Under the pieces are notes generated by a model. It was given only the letters and a program-made list of their open reading frames with translations, made no database searches and had not been told where the DNA came from. Shown here one piece after another: positions 37,991 to 48,598 of a stretch of 64,000 nucleotides of DNA (positions are counted from its first letter, which is position 1; every line of letters starts with the position of its first letter). Source of the stretch: Candidatus Thorarchaeota archaeon (GTDB lineage: Archaea; Asgardarchaeota; Thorarchaeia; Thorarchaeales; Thorarchaeaceae); the NCBI GenBank assembly GCA_019057475.1, contig DXJO01000022.1, positions 1 to 64,000 on the forward strand, in the 5' to 3' direction. A program made the translations under genes and the position numbers.

Positions 37991-40900
37991 ATGACAGAGG
38001 AAACGGCTGGTACAGAGGAAATGCAATTGCCGTTTCCACATGGTATCGAGGTTGAACTCCAGGTCATCATGAGAGATGGAAACTGGTTCCGCGGGGAGGA
38101 GATCCTGGAAGTATTCGATAGGCTGGTGTCCAGCGCGAAGAACCTGCTTGACAAGAGGATTAGAGCGGCAAGTGTGCCCTCAGTTAGAAGCAAGTATAGG
38201 CACTCATCGCAAACTGAGGAAGGTGAGCGTGGTTCCAGAATCGTAGTGAATTACGAGGACCCAGCAGGGGAGGCAAAGGAATACACCATTATCGGCCATG
38301 ACCCGAATGTCACGAGCCTGACGTGGATACTCGAAGTGGCAACACCCCCATGCACAACACTAGAAGAACTTGCCTGGTGGGTTCAGACACTCATCGCAAT
38401 CTCATATGATGCTCTACCCAAGGACATGTATGTGCTGCTCATTTCAACTGGCCTGAATCCCACTCAGGAATACATGAGGAATCTCTCATTTGGAGAACAT
38501 CATCATATCCTCAGTCCCGAGATCGAAGAGAGTTCACGCCTCGCGGTCTACAATATGATCCGAAACTTCACTCCTCATCTAATTGCGTTGTCCGTGAATT
38601 CCCCATTTGAAAACAAGAAGTCCACAGACGAGGTCTATATCGACTCAGAAGGAAGAACACGCGCTCCAAGATGCAAGAGATCAATCAGACTTCTCAAGAA
38701 CACCACACAGATGGGACCCACAAATAAATTCGAGCTCATACCATACATGAAGAAACCAGACAAGGAATTCTTTGCAAAGCATGTTAATCGTAGCTTCGCA
38801 AGAATGGTAGATATGTACCCGTTCACGGATTATGGTACAATAGAAGTAAGAGTCTTTGACACACAGTTATCAGTCCCTCGAAGGGTCGGTATCGCCTTGA
38901 TCTTGCAGGCGCTCGCCCTGAAGGCGATACGACTGTCCGCGAAAGGTGTGCCTATTCCAGATATGGGCGCCAAGTCGATTGCTGCCAACAGGGCTTCTGC
39001 TGTTGCGGCCGGTCTATGGGGACCGTTCCATCCGGGAGAGGACAGTAAGAATCTGGAGTTCATAGAGATCTACAACCATCCAATTAACGATGATGGAACA
39101 TTGGACAATACACGGCGAAATCGATTCATGGGAGATGCTGTTGCTTCGATGCTCTATCTCATCAGAGATGAGCTCGAAGACATGAGAGCGATTGATAACC
39201 CATTCATGCAGCCCTTGATGGTTTCGGTGTTTGGGAGCGAGTTCGTGGAGCCGAGAACTACATGTGCAGACTACCAGCTTGATGTCTACGCGAAATCAGA
39301 ACAAAACATGGTCACATTACTTGGACGCCTAGGAAGTATCACTAGGGAATGCTGTACCAATTGGCTTTACGACCCGCTGGAAGGAGTCCCACGACTTCCA
39401 ACCTGGCTTTGTTGGTGGAAGGGTCTCGAGCCGGAGATCATAACTGATAAGGAGAGGATCTTCGCGGGTCAAGAAGCAGGATTCGACTTATCTATCCGAA
39501 ATCGAACCGACCGAGACCTTCACAATCTCACTGTATCCTACAGGATAGAAGATTCTGAAAGAAATGTCATAGAACAGAACATCCTGCCAATCTCAAGAAT
39601 CGAATCAGGCGAGATTCATGTCGCTCGGATCACATTCCCAACTAAGCGTCAGGTCCATGCCTACAACATCATTGCATCAATCGGTGTCGCTGGCAAGGAA
39701 ATCAACCTGAGAAGCACTATCAATACATACTGGATGACAGCAAGCGTCAAGCCTGCTACAACCACACAGTTTGCCGATAGCAGGACTCCAATCCTGTTTT
39801 CTGGTGAGATAGACACGAACTACCCCACAAGGACTACAGTCACTTGCGAGATTGCAGTGATTAGCCCAAAGAAAGAAACTGTCATTGCCAATGTGTACTA
39901 CCCTGTTGTCGTTGAGGGAGGAGACCTTCTCTTCTTTGAGTCGTCTGACCTGCCACCTCTGGTAGTATCTGCAGAAGCCTCCAAAGGGGTCGAAAGATGC
40001 GTTCTGCGAATTAGATTGATTGATCATGATAAGAGTACAATCGCACTTAGCACGTCGAAGCCCTTCTACATTGGTTTTGTAAGACGAGGCCCAGAAATAA
40101 CCATCCAAGCGAATCTCAAAGGAACACACAGTCCTGGGGGGATTCTTCAAGGCGAGGTGGTGCTCAAAGCCGGACAACACGAAATGCCTAAGGGTTCAAG
40201 ATTGATTGTTCATTACAAGACAGATACAGGGGACACGCACGTAGTAGCGGAGGCCGATGCTTGGGAAGCTGTATCGAGCCCGCTCAAATTCGATTGGCAG
40301 ATTCCGCCAGCAGATCCGGGAATGCTGGCGCGAAGAACTGCGTCCATCCGAGCATCACTGGTTTCCAATGGAATGGAGATTGCATCGAGTGAATCTGATG
40401 CCTTCATAGTGGCTCATGTCGAGGTCAGAACCAGCATTGATTCGCTGAAGGCGCCAGACAGATCCCAGATAGGCGGCATGGTGGCAGGTTGGCTCAGAAT
40501 AAGACGCAACACGGAACAGGGAGAGCCTGCCACTTTGACTATGTCTTTGCGATTCACAGATGATGACGAACACATTGTCTTGAATCAAGCTGTCAAGCAA
40601 AGCAGGAACCTGTCTCTTGCGTATGGGCCATTTACCATACCTGAACCGAGAACGAAGAATGTGCCGTCAAGCGTCACTCTTGTGGCCAAGCTAGACTATG
40701 CAAATGCTCAGATGGACTGCAAGACAGCAGAAATATCGCTTGTCGCCATGGATGAAACCAGACCTGCTAGTCTGAACTTCAGCGGAGTCCCAACATATGT
40801 TTCTCCTGATGACCAAGTTCATGCTGCGATTCACGTCACCAACTCATCTGCTGAAGCTATGAAAGGAATGCTGTCGGTGCGTCTTGAGTCGGTAATTGGA

Positions 40901-41428
40901 ACGGAGGAAGTATTCATTCGGGAGATTGATCTAGCGGCTGAGGAAACTCGCGTCTTCGCGATTCCTGTGAGAATACCTTTGAGTGCGGAAATGAGCACAG
41001 CGCATCTGAAAGCAGCCTTGCGTCTGGAAACCATGCTTCTGGAAAAAAGGCATAGATTCAAGGTGAAAGCGATTGAAGAACCACTCTTTCATGTGCGTTT
41101 CTCCATCAAGGATGACAGGGGCCAGGAGATACCGGGCCTTGTTCCGCGTGAGTCAAATATCGTGATTGGGGTTCATGTTCAGGTCGTTAAGCGAGGTTTG
41201 GAAAACTTGATGGTTTCTCTGCGCGTGATGTCCAAAAGAGAAGTGGTAAGGGAATTCCGAATGCCGATCCCCGAATCTGAAACTGCGTTCAAGTCTGAGG
41301 TTCGTTGGACCACCCCCAAGTTGGAAACCATAACGGGGTACTACTTGGATGCAGCAATCATTCACGGAGAGATATCATTGCCTACGCGCGCGGTTAAATG
41401 CGAAAAGAAGACCTTCGCGGTATACTAG
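37991..41428 (+). CDS. GCS2/YbdK-family carboxylate-amine ligase fused to multiple Ig-like beta-sandwich domains
   Basis: HGIEVELQ, LEVATPPC, GLNP, FGEHHHI, ALSVNSPF, YGTIEVRVFDTQ; about 650 aa beta-rich C-terminus. Confidence 0.85.
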   Translation: MTEETAGTEEMQLPFPHGIEVELQVIMRDGNWFRGEEILEVFDRLVSSAKNLLDKRIRAASVPSVRSKYRHSSQTEEGERGSRIVVNYEDPAGEAKEYTIIGHDPNVTSLTWILEVATPPCTTLEELAWWVQTLIAISYDALPKDMYVLLISTGLNPTQEYMRNLSFGEHHHILSPEIEESSRLAVYNMIRNFTPHLIALSVNSPFENKKSTDEVYIDSEGRTRAPRCKRSIRLLKNTTQMGPTNKFELIPYMKKPDKEFFAKHVNRSFARMVDMYPFTDYGTIEVRVFDTQLSVPRRVGIALILQALALKAIRLSAKGVPIPDMGAKSIAANRASAVAAGLWGPFHPGEDSKNLEFIEIYNHPINDDGTLDNTRRNRFMGDAVASMLYLIRDELEDMRAIDNPFMQPLMVSVFGSEFVEPRTTCADYQLDVYAKSEQNMVTLLGRLGSITRECCTNWLYDPLEGVPRLPTWLCWWKGLEPEIITDKERIFAGQEAGFDLSIRNRTDRDLHNLTVSYRIEDSERNVIEQNILPISRIESGEIHVARITFPTKRQVHAYNIIASIGVAGKEINLRSTINTYWMTASVKPATTTQFADSRTPILFSGEIDTNYPTRTTVTCEIAVISPKKETVIANVYYPVVVEGGDLLFFESSDLPPLVVSAEASKGVERCVLRIRLIDHDKSTIALSTSKPFYIGFVRRGPEITIQANLKGTHSPGGILQGEVVLKAGQHEMPKGSRLIVHYKTDTGDTHVVAEADAWEAVSSPLKFDWQIPPADPGMLARRTASIRASLVSNGMEIASSESDAFIVAHVEVRTSIDSLKAPDRSQIGGMVAGWLRIRRNTEQGEPATLTMSLRFTDDDEHIVLNQAVKQSRNLSLAYGPFTIPEPRTKNVPSSVTLVAKLDYANAQMDCKTAEISLVAMDETRPASLNFSGVPTYVSPDDQVHAAIHVTNSSAEAMKGMLSVRLESVIGTEEVFIREIDLAAEETRVFAIPVRIPLSAEMSTAHLKAALRLETMLLEKRHRFKVKAIEEPLFHVRFSIKDDRGQEIPGLVPRESNIVIGVHVQVVKRGLENLMVSLRVMSKREVVREFRMPIPESETAFKSEVRWTTPKLETITGYYLDAAIIHGEISLPTRAVKCEKKTFAVY

Positions 41429-41669
41429 CTCGAATCCTTCAAGGCGGAAGTCGTTTTGCGCAAATCCAATCCCTCACCGCAATGAAATTAGCAATTCTAG
41501 CGATTCAAACTTCGACGATTTGTAATATTCGCTGCAAAGGTATAATAGGAGCAGGGCGAGCGCCCTGAGTTAATCAGACAACTTGACCATCAACTAATAT
41601 ATGCTCATAGAACAATCCTCGATGAACAATGATACGATTACCAAGTAACATGGTAAGGAATACGAAGAC

Positions 41670-42596
41670 GTGAACCGGATGTTGTTAGAGTTACTGTCAC
41701 ACCCAGTTGTTTCAGGCCTGATCGTGATGGGCTTCTTGGGAGTCCTGACATACAAGGTTCGCTTTGTTGATATATCTGGTCTAATTGCTGCGTTCGTCGT
41801 AGGGTTCACAGTCTGGGCTGCAGGTGGACCCGCTTCCTTTGTGGTTCTTCTCTTTTTCTTCATCAGTGCTGGAATTGCCACGAAATACAAGTACAAAGCA
41901 AAGGCAAAGAAGGACCTTGCTCAGGAAGGCAAGGGTAGAAGAAGCTGGAAGAATGTCCTCGGAAGCGGCATCATCCCAATGATTTTCGCTATCGGCATGC
42001 AACTTGCGGCGCAATCAGTAATACCCGTTGATCCATTCTGGATGTTTGGAGGCTTTGTGGGCGCGGTGGCCACAACTTCCGCTGACACTCTGGCGAGTGA
42101 AATCGGAGTTTTCAGCAAATCAAAACCAAGACTGATTACTAACCTAAGGAGAAAGGTGCCAGCAGGGACCATAGGCGCAGTTTCACTCCTAGGGGAGTTG
42201 GTTGCGGTCGCGGCTGGTGCGATAATAGGTCTGGTTGCCTTAATCTTTGCAGTGTTGAATCCAGCTAGTGTGTATGTATCTTCTTTCGAGCAATTGCTAT
42301 TCATCTTGCCTCTCTCAGTGCTTACAGCATTCATCGGATGCAACCTTGACAGTTTCTTGGGTGCCATTGCACAGAACAGGTTCGTGTGCGAGATATGCGG
42401 CGCCATCACTGACAAGGAGTTCCACTGTGACTACGAAACGAAGTATGTAGGTGGCTACAAGCAGTTCACCAACATGCACGTGAACCTTGGCTCCTCTGGA
42501 TTGGGAGCAACGCTGGGAATCGTTCTTGGAGCCGGGCTTTTTATCTGGATACTCGGTGCCCTATTCTTCTGGGTAGTGGTGTCGTCCAAGAACTAG
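41670..42596 (+). CDS. DUF92/TMEM19 membrane protein with Cys/His zinc motif
   Basis: GRRSWKNVLG, ADTLASEIG, GTIGAVSLLG, DSFLGA, CEICG...HC. Confidence 0.9.
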   Translation: MNRMLLELLSHPVVSGLIVMGFLGVLTYKVRFVDISGLIAAFVVGFTVWAAGGPASFVVLLFFFISAGIATKYKYKAKAKKDLAQEGKGRRSWKNVLGSGIIPMIFAIGMQLAAQSVIPVDPFWMFGGFVGAVATTSADTLASEIGVFSKSKPRLITNLRRKVPAGTIGAVSLLGELVAVAAGAIIGLVALIFAVLNPASVYVSSFEQLLFILPLSVLTAFIGCNLDSFLGAIAQNRFVCEICGAITDKEFHCDYETKYVGGYKQFTNMHVNLGSSGLGATLGIVLGAGLFIWILGALFFWVVVSSKN

Positions 42597-42770
42597 ATCT
42601 CAGATATCCACAGATTCTTGCCTATATTCTCGACTTCTCGATTGAAACTGCAGGATGGTCTGAAGGTGGATGCTATCACTCTGCACAGAATGGTCCAATA
42701 ATTTCAAATGCCGGAATGATATGTTCTGCTATGCACAGAATCGCTCATGTAGTCAGCCAAACTACAAGAA

Positions 42771-43574
42771 ATGAGCGGAGAGGATAGAATGTCAAGATTC
42801 ATTCGTTCAAGAGCTTACCCATGGGCTTTGACAGGTGTATTTGCTGCCATACATCTTGTGATAACACTGATCCCATTCAGCCTCAGTGTAAGCGGGTCGG
42901 GTCTAATCTCATTCGGTATGCTTTCTGCTCCAATAGTGGGCTTCCTTCTTGGTCCATTCTTCGGTACTATAGCTGTTCTCATTGGATCCTACTTGGGAAT
43001 CTTCGTCAACCCAGAGATTGCACTCATTGGACTTGCTACACCCATAGCTACCAGCGCTGGTGCGCTAGCTGCGGGCTTGATAAGAGCGAAGAAAACAATC
43101 TTCGTACCGATAATATACATAGTCGCCATGCTCCTTTACTTACTGAGCCCAGTTGGGCAACAGGTCCCAGAATTTGTGTGGTTCCACGTGATAGCGTTCG
43201 TGCTCTCACTTCTTCTGGTAATTCCACGGGTTTCGGGAAGGATTAGCGATGAGCTCGAACTGAAACAGACAATAACAGCCAGAGCTCTATTCTTGTTAGC
43301 CCTAGTTTCCGTTACTCTTGATCAAGCCGTGGGCTCTGCGATAGGTTCCTTTTATCTGGTGTATATTGCAGGTTTTGACTTATCATTGGTCGTGTCTTGG
43401 TTCGTGCTGGGAGCCCTCATATACCCCATCGAGAGAATCCTTGGGGCCCTAATAGTGGTTGTACTTCTGCGAGCTGTAGTCGAGAGCTTTTCGGCGGCCT
43501 ATTTCCAGCTGCCGTTAACTCCCTTAGGCGCTGCAGGTTCTGTAACTGCGGATTTCATCGACTTGGAGGAGTGA
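42771..43574 (+). CDS. Polytopic membrane protein, ECF S-component-like
   Basis: APIVGFLLGPFFG motif; PIER near C-terminus. Confidence 0.7.
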   Translation: MSGEDRMSRFIRSRAYPWALTGVFAAIHLVITLIPFSLSVSGSGLISFGMLSAPIVGFLLGPFFGTIAVLIGSYLGIFVNPEIALIGLATPIATSAGALAAGLIRAKKTIFVPIIYIVAMLLYLLSPVGQQVPEFVWFHVIAFVLSLLLVIPRVSGRISDELELKQTITARALFLLALVSVTLDQAVGSAIGSFYLVYIAGFDLSLVVSWFVLGALIYPIERILGALIVVVLLRAVVESFSAAYFQLPLTPLGAAGSVTADFIDLEE

Positions 43575-43685
43575 TGAAATACAAAAGGATTCGGAAGCTC
43601 TGCGATGTATCTGGTTCTGCGATGTATTCGAAGCTCTTACACCTTTAACAAGAGGCTACGACTTCGAGAAATTAGGAGGGCATCA

Positions 43686-44438
43686 TCAATTTAGAAGGAC
43701 TGCGCTGACGCTGGTTGCATATACCTCAAAGTACAACAGCGGTTCCGCATACGACGGCTCAGAGCTCCAGACACGAAGACCCCTACGGGGCCACCCGCTA
43801 ACAAATGCATGGTCCTCGTCAAAGACCCAAAGCTTGCCACGCATCTCACTCGGAAGGTCAACGCCGAGTGTGACAGCGGGTTCATCGCCAAGACCTCCAA
43901 GCCCGACTTCAAGACCGTAATTTCCGAATGTCACGTTTTCTTCCAAGATGAAGGTGATATGGCCAGTACTCACGAAGCTCATGCTGCGGCCCCCAATAAT
44001 CGCACCATTGTCATAGGTCACTGTCATTGTAACATTCTCGCACTGGCCCAAGAAGACATCATAGGGTGTACCCGTGCCAAGAACGACGCTAAGTGACCTG
44101 ATATTGCCATCCCGCTCTCCGCCCATCCATATCCAGACCTCTGTCGCCCCAGCGCCACCCATCTTGTCGATGTGGAAACTGGAGGACACGAACCCAGCAT
44201 CCACGAGAATCACATCTACCGAGTAAAGGAGTGCCGTGTCGTTGACAAAGGACACATCCACCGAGCAGTCCTTTAACCAAGTGAACCTTATCACAACAGC
44301 TCGGTTCTCCCCCTCTGGAATCTGCTCCTCGAAGTGGAAGTCTGTGCCGTAGGGATAGAACACAACGACGAAGAGTGCGCTGGATAATACCGTGACCATA
44401 ATGAGTACAAGTAGAACCTTCCGCTTGTTCATTGCCAT
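43686..44438 (-). CDS. Membrane-anchored beta-rich hypothetical protein
   Basis: MAMNKRK + TM, AGGAG SD; N-x-T sequons. Confidence 0.7.
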   Translation of the reverse strand: MAMNKRKVLLVLIMVTVLSSALFVVVFYPYGTDFHFEEQIPEGENRAVVIRFTWLKDCSVDVSFVNDTALLYSVDVILVDAGFVSSSFHIDKMGGAGATEVWIWMGGERDGNIRSLSVVLGTGTPYDVFLGQCENVTMTVTYDNGAIIGGRSMSFVSTGHITFILEENVTFGNYGLEVGLGGLGDEPAVTLGVDLPSEMRGKLWVFDEDHAFVSGWPRRGLRVWSSEPSYAEPLLYFEVYATSVSAVLLN

Positions 44439-44759
44439 CCTTCTCCTACTTGGGCGTTTAGCCTCATAAAGATGCAGGCTTGTGGCACTGCACAAATTGC
44501 CATGGAATTGGAACCCTGCTATGATTGAGAGCCTGCATTGTTGGTAGCCTGCAGAAGAACTGAAGTGCGACCTTTCCCCCGGAATGACCCGTGTCTATTC
44601 TTTCCTCTCATTAGGAGAAAACCCATTCCCGCCGAAATGGCGCCGTGATAAACGAAACTTCATATGGATTCGCGCGATAGAATCACTAGGGAATGGGGGG
44701 TTAAACCCGCTTCCGTGGTTGAATCACACGTAGAGTGTGTGGATAGGAGAAATAAGAAA

Positions 44760-45590
44760 TTGCAAATAGATTTAATGATGTTCACATTCGCGATTGTACT
44801 ACTCGCGTTCTTTGCGTTGATGTTCATCGCAAGCGGCATTAAGGTGCTGAAAGAATGGGAGAGAGTAGCCATACTCAGACTTGGCAAGTTCAAGCACATC
44901 AAGGGGCCTGGAATTATTTTCGTTGTGCCAATGCTTGATAAGATTGCAATGAAGGTCTCTCTCAGGCTTCTGACCTACGCTTTCAAGACTGAACGGTCTT
45001 TGACAAAAGACAATGTTCCGGTCGTCGTTGATGCGGTGATGTACTTCCGTGTCATAGATGTGGAGAAGGCGATTCTGACCGTCGAGAGATACGCTGTGGC
45101 GGTCGAACTCGCGGCACAGACCACGTTACGAGAAACTATCGGCAAAATCACTCTTGACGAGCTGCTCTCTGAGAGAGATCAGATTGCAGAGCACATGCAG
45201 GAACTCATCGACGAGAAAACTGAGCATTGGGGAGTTAAAGTAACAGCGGTAGAGATTCGTGATGTCGTCATCCCGTCGGCACTGCAGGACGCAATGAGCA
45301 GAGAGGCACAGGCTGAGAGGGAGCGCAGAGCGCGAGTCACACTAGCTACGGCCGAGCTCGAGGCTTCCGAGAATATGCTTCAGGCGGCCAAGAAGTACGA
45401 GCAGTCTGAGGTTGGCTTGGTTCTGCGGACTTGGAATATTATGCAAGAAATATCCAAGAACGCCAACCTGATTATCATGGTGCCAGCCACAATACCGGAG
45501 GTTGGATTGACAGCTGCTACAGCGGTAGCGTTGAGCGCTGGAACCGGTGGCATAAAGATGCCGAAGGACAAGGGGATGGTGCAGAAATAG
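44760..45590 (+). CDS. SPFH/band-7 (stomatin/slipin) protein
   Basis: ERVAILRLG, LTKDNV, AQTTLR, WGVKVTAVEI, QAERERRA. Confidence 0.93.
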   Translation: MQIDLMMFTFAIVLLAFFALMFIASGIKVLKEWERVAILRLGKFKHIKGPGIIFVVPMLDKIAMKVSLRLLTYAFKTERSLTKDNVPVVVDAVMYFRVIDVEKAILTVERYAVAVELAAQTTLRETIGKITLDELLSERDQIAEHMQELIDEKTEHWGVKVTAVEIRDVVIPSALQDAMSREAQAERERRARVTLATAELEASENMLQAAKKYEQSEVGLVLRTWNIMQEISKNANLIIMVPATIPEVGLTAATAVALSAGTGGIKMPKDKGMVQK

Positions 45591-45612
45591 ACACGGTCTG
45601 TGTCATAATGAG

Positions 45613-46326
45613 GTGGACAAGATAGACGCTTGGATTAAGATATTCATCGTGCTTGTGATGCTGTCAGCGTTGAGCTTGGTCGTAGGATATATGATCCACG
45701 ACCCATTCGTGGGATTGATTCTCCTAGCGGTCATCCTCACTCTCTTAGTTGTCACAGTCGAGCCGGCCACTGGAAAGGCGATGGCACAGGTGACGATTCC
45801 TATCGTCATCATTCTGTTTGTATTCCAGATCGTTCTGAACCCATCCTTCCAATTTGAGATCTGGATGCTGATCGTCGTAGGGGCAATCCTCTACTTGATG
45901 TTCACTCTCTTCACTGGAGGAGGCGCGCTCGAGGGGAGTCTGATTGATGCGAAGATGTCGCTGAAACTGTTTCCGATTTACGGCTTAGCGATATTGCTAG
46001 CGTCAATCGCAGATCCGTCGAACAGAACAACTGCCATCATGATGGCCGTTACTATCGGGGGGATGATGGTGCTCTACTGGGTATTCCTGAGGGACTACGA
46101 AGAGTGGCCAGAGGTCACCTATGGACCCACCAGTGTGATTGCTCTGACGGATTTGAATCCGCGAGGCAAGGTGAAGACGGGAGCCGAAGTTTGGTGGGCA
46201 AAGGCCACAGACCCCCCGATACAGGCAGGAGAGCGTGTCATGTTTCGGGGAGTCAGCGGGCTCACGATGGTCGTTTCAAGGTACAAAGACGATCAGGACT
46301 CAGAACACGAGTCAACCAACGATTAG
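45613..46326 (+). CDS. NfeD-like membrane protein
   Basis: TM segments + C-terminal OB domain (DLNPRGKVKTGAEVWWA...IQAGERV...GLTMVV); adjacent to SPFH gene. Confidence 0.85.
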   Translation: MDKIDAWIKIFIVLVMLSALSLVVGYMIHDPFVGLILLAVILTLLVVTVEPATGKAMAQVTIPIVIILFVFQIVLNPSFQFEIWMLIVVGAILYLMFTLFTGGGALEGSLIDAKMSLKLFPIYGLAILLASIADPSNRTTAIMMAVTIGGMMVLYWVFLRDYEEWPEVTYGPTSVIALTDLNPRGKVKTGAEVWWAKATDPPIQAGERVMFRGVSGLTMVVSRYKDDQDSEHESTND

Positions 46327-46351
46327 ATTGTGGGGTCGGCTAACCCGACCC

Positions 46352-47167
46352 TCAACCTCTTTTTTCTTGGCCCCGTTTTAGAATGAGCCAGATGATAGAC
46401 AGTCCGAATAGAAAACCCAATACCGTTGTTATGCCCCACTCGATTTGGAATATCTCAGGGCTAATGACAGGCTCTCTTGGATAGACTGGGAAGGCGATAA
46501 AGACAACGATATTCCACGCGAAGTGAAACCCAATAGGCACCCAAAGCCGTTCATTGGAATAGTAGTAGCCCAGACTCAGCACTGCACCGCCCACGAAGAG
46601 ATTGAGCGTGAAAAGTATGACTAGATGAAGCGGGACGGATCCAAGAGGCGTCCACCAAGAGAAATGAAGAAGCGCAAAGACTAGAGAGCTAATTGCTATG
46701 CCCTTGCCTCGTCCCCAGAGCTCGACCATTCGAGGCATCATATAGCCACGATAGCAGAGCTCCTCAAAGTAGGAAACCGGAATGGCGATGATAATCACTG
46801 ATAGTACAAGTTCTTCCGCAAACGACGATGGAGATGCGACTTGACCTCCAAAGGCGAAAGCTATTAAAAAAACTAGAGCGGCTGCTGCGCCTCCAGCAAT
46901 TCCCCCAACGATTAGATGTGGCCAGGTATTCTTGTCGGTTTCGAGGCCCAGCTCTGTAACAGAATCGCCTCCTTCCTGCTTCACGAATTGAAGTACTGTA
47001 AGGAACTTGAGAGGGAATGTCATCCAGGACAATAGGCTACGCACTGATTCGTACTCTTCGGTACCCAGAAAGAGTGCAGACAGCACGTGAGGCATTTCTG
47101 CAAGTAGAAGCATCAGAAGGCAGAACAGAATGATTCGCGCTACTTTGTCAGTTCGTTCTTCAGACAT
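46352..47167 (-). CDS. CPBP/Abi (Rce1-like) intramembrane metalloprotease
   Basis: FEELCYRG, FALLH, PIGFHFAWN. Confidence 0.9.
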   Translation of the reverse strand: MSEERTDKVARIILFCLLMLLLAEMPHVLSALFLGTEEYESVRSLLSWMTFPLKFLTVLQFVKQEGGDSVTELGLETDKNTWPHLIVGGIAGGAAAALVFLIAFAFGGQVASPSSFAEELVLSVIIIAIPVSYFEELCYRGYMMPRMVELWGRGKGIAISSLVFALLHFSWWTPLGSVPLHLVILFTLNLFVGGAVLSLGYYYSNERLWVPIGFHFAWNIVVFIAFPVYPREPVISPEIFQIEWGITTVLGFLFGLSIIWLILKRGQEKRG

Positions 47168-47405
47168 CGGATTCGCCGTAAACGGCCTGATATCTAATGC
47201 CTAAATCTCATCCGGTAGCGATATCCAGATAATTTGAAAACCTGCGCAAGCGAGCTGAGACGCATTCGCCACCGATATGTATACAGCTAGCCAACTGATT
47301 TAAGTGGGCGACACCATTTCGACTTCCAAGGCTTGTGAGTACTGCCGCCATCGAATACAGAATCACATTTGACGATGGCCTAAGTAATCCAAGGAGAGAG
47401 GTCTC

Positions 47406-48590
47406 TTGTCGAATGCTCGTAGACTATTGTTGGAGTTCGAAACGGAAGAGGTTGGCGTTCGTGCCAGAGACAATGCGAAGATGAGAAAAGCCCTAGTTCG
47501 TGCATTTTCAGACCCCTCAGAAATTGTTAGGGAACGAGCTTTGATTGCGGCGATTGACCTTGGAGACGCCAGCATTGTGACGGATATCAGGGCACCGTTG
47601 GATGATGATAATGCGGACGTTCGCGTTGCAGCAGCTCAGGCATTGGCCTGGTACCATCAACCAAGAACTATTCCGGCTCTGATTCACGGCCTGAAGGATT
47701 CAAACACTTGGGTGAGGTCACACTGTGCACTAGGCCTTTCCAAGTTGCTCCACGGCCCGATATGGGCACGGATTCCCGGAGAGGACATAGACATCATCCA
47801 CGCGGACTTTCCTGAAATGGATGAGGACAACATCAGGATATTTCTCCACAAACTGGAGCTCTCCGAGGAAGCAGTAGACCAATTCATAATGTGGAAAAGC
47901 GCGAAGTTCGAGATTGAGATTGACGAGAGCATTTTGATTAAGGAAACTGAAGGAAAACCAATCATCCTTTCAGCTGCAATGACCGAAGGCGCCGAACCAG
48001 TAAGAGATTCTGGCCTCTCTGAGGAAGTGGAAACGATCTTGAGCGAACTGCCAGATGAAGTCAGAGCGTCATTGCCTTCCGAAGACCTTCGCAGATTGAC
48101 CCCCTCAACTGCGAGGGAGCTTGTCACCTCATTGACCGCCAAAAAACCCAAGAAAAAGGCTGTCAGAGTCAAGCGGGTGAAGAGGGTACGCAAGAAGAAG
48201 AAAAAGCCTCTCGCTCGCGAGCAGCTCATTGAGAAGATACCAGCCGAGGTTCGAGAAACCGTTTCTGAGGACGTTCTCGAATCCCTAAGTACTGATGAGC
48301 TTGAGGCACTAGTTGCTGCAACACCTGAAGTAGAGGAAGCTGAACCCGCTGTAGAGGAGCCTGAGAAAAAGAAACGGAAGAAGAAGTCCGGTGAGGCACT
48401 TCCGCCCGTCGATGAGGAAGCGATCGAGGATCTGCGGTGGCAGGGATTCGTTGACAAATATGGCGAGGAAAAAGCCGACTTGCTTATCACGGTATCTCCA
48501 GAAATGCTTGAAGGTATTCCTCAGGAGCAGATTGCTGACATGGACATGGACACTCTCAGGAGCTTGATCCAAGCATTGGAACCTCGATAG
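47406..48590 (+). CDS. HEAT-repeat protein with three short helical repeats and polybasic patches
   Basis: DPSEIVRERA, DDNADVRVAAAQAL, DSNTWVRSHCALGL; KKPKKKAVRVKRVKRVRKKKKK. Confidence 0.85.
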   Translation: MSNARRLLLEFETEEVGVRARDNAKMRKALVRAFSDPSEIVRERALIAAIDLGDASIVTDIRAPLDDDNADVRVAAAQALAWYHQPRTIPALIHGLKDSNTWVRSHCALGLSKLLHGPIWARIPGEDIDIIHADFPEMDEDNIRIFLHKLELSEEAVDQFIMWKSAKFEIEIDESILIKETEGKPIILSAAMTEGAEPVRDSGLSEEVETILSELPDEVRASLPSEDLRRLTPSTARELVTSLTAKKPKKKAVRVKRVKRVRKKKKKPLAREQLIEKIPAEVRETVSEDVLESLSTDELEALVAATPEVEEAEPAVEEPEKKKRKKKSGEALPPVDEEAIEDLRWQGFVDKYGEEKADLLITVSPEMLEGIPQEQIADMDMDTLRSLIQALEPR

Positions 48591-48598
48591 GTGAATGC

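Noticed and set aside
42597-42770. Riboswitch upstream of the ECF-S-like gene
   Set aside because: No recognisable TPP, FMN or cobalamin aptamer motifs.
47684-48490. 268-aa antisense ORF and other long overlapping ORFs (e.g. 10981-11535, 34626-35195, 13199-13531)
   Set aside because: Shadows of well-supported genes on the opposite strand, with Ser-rich or implausible composition.
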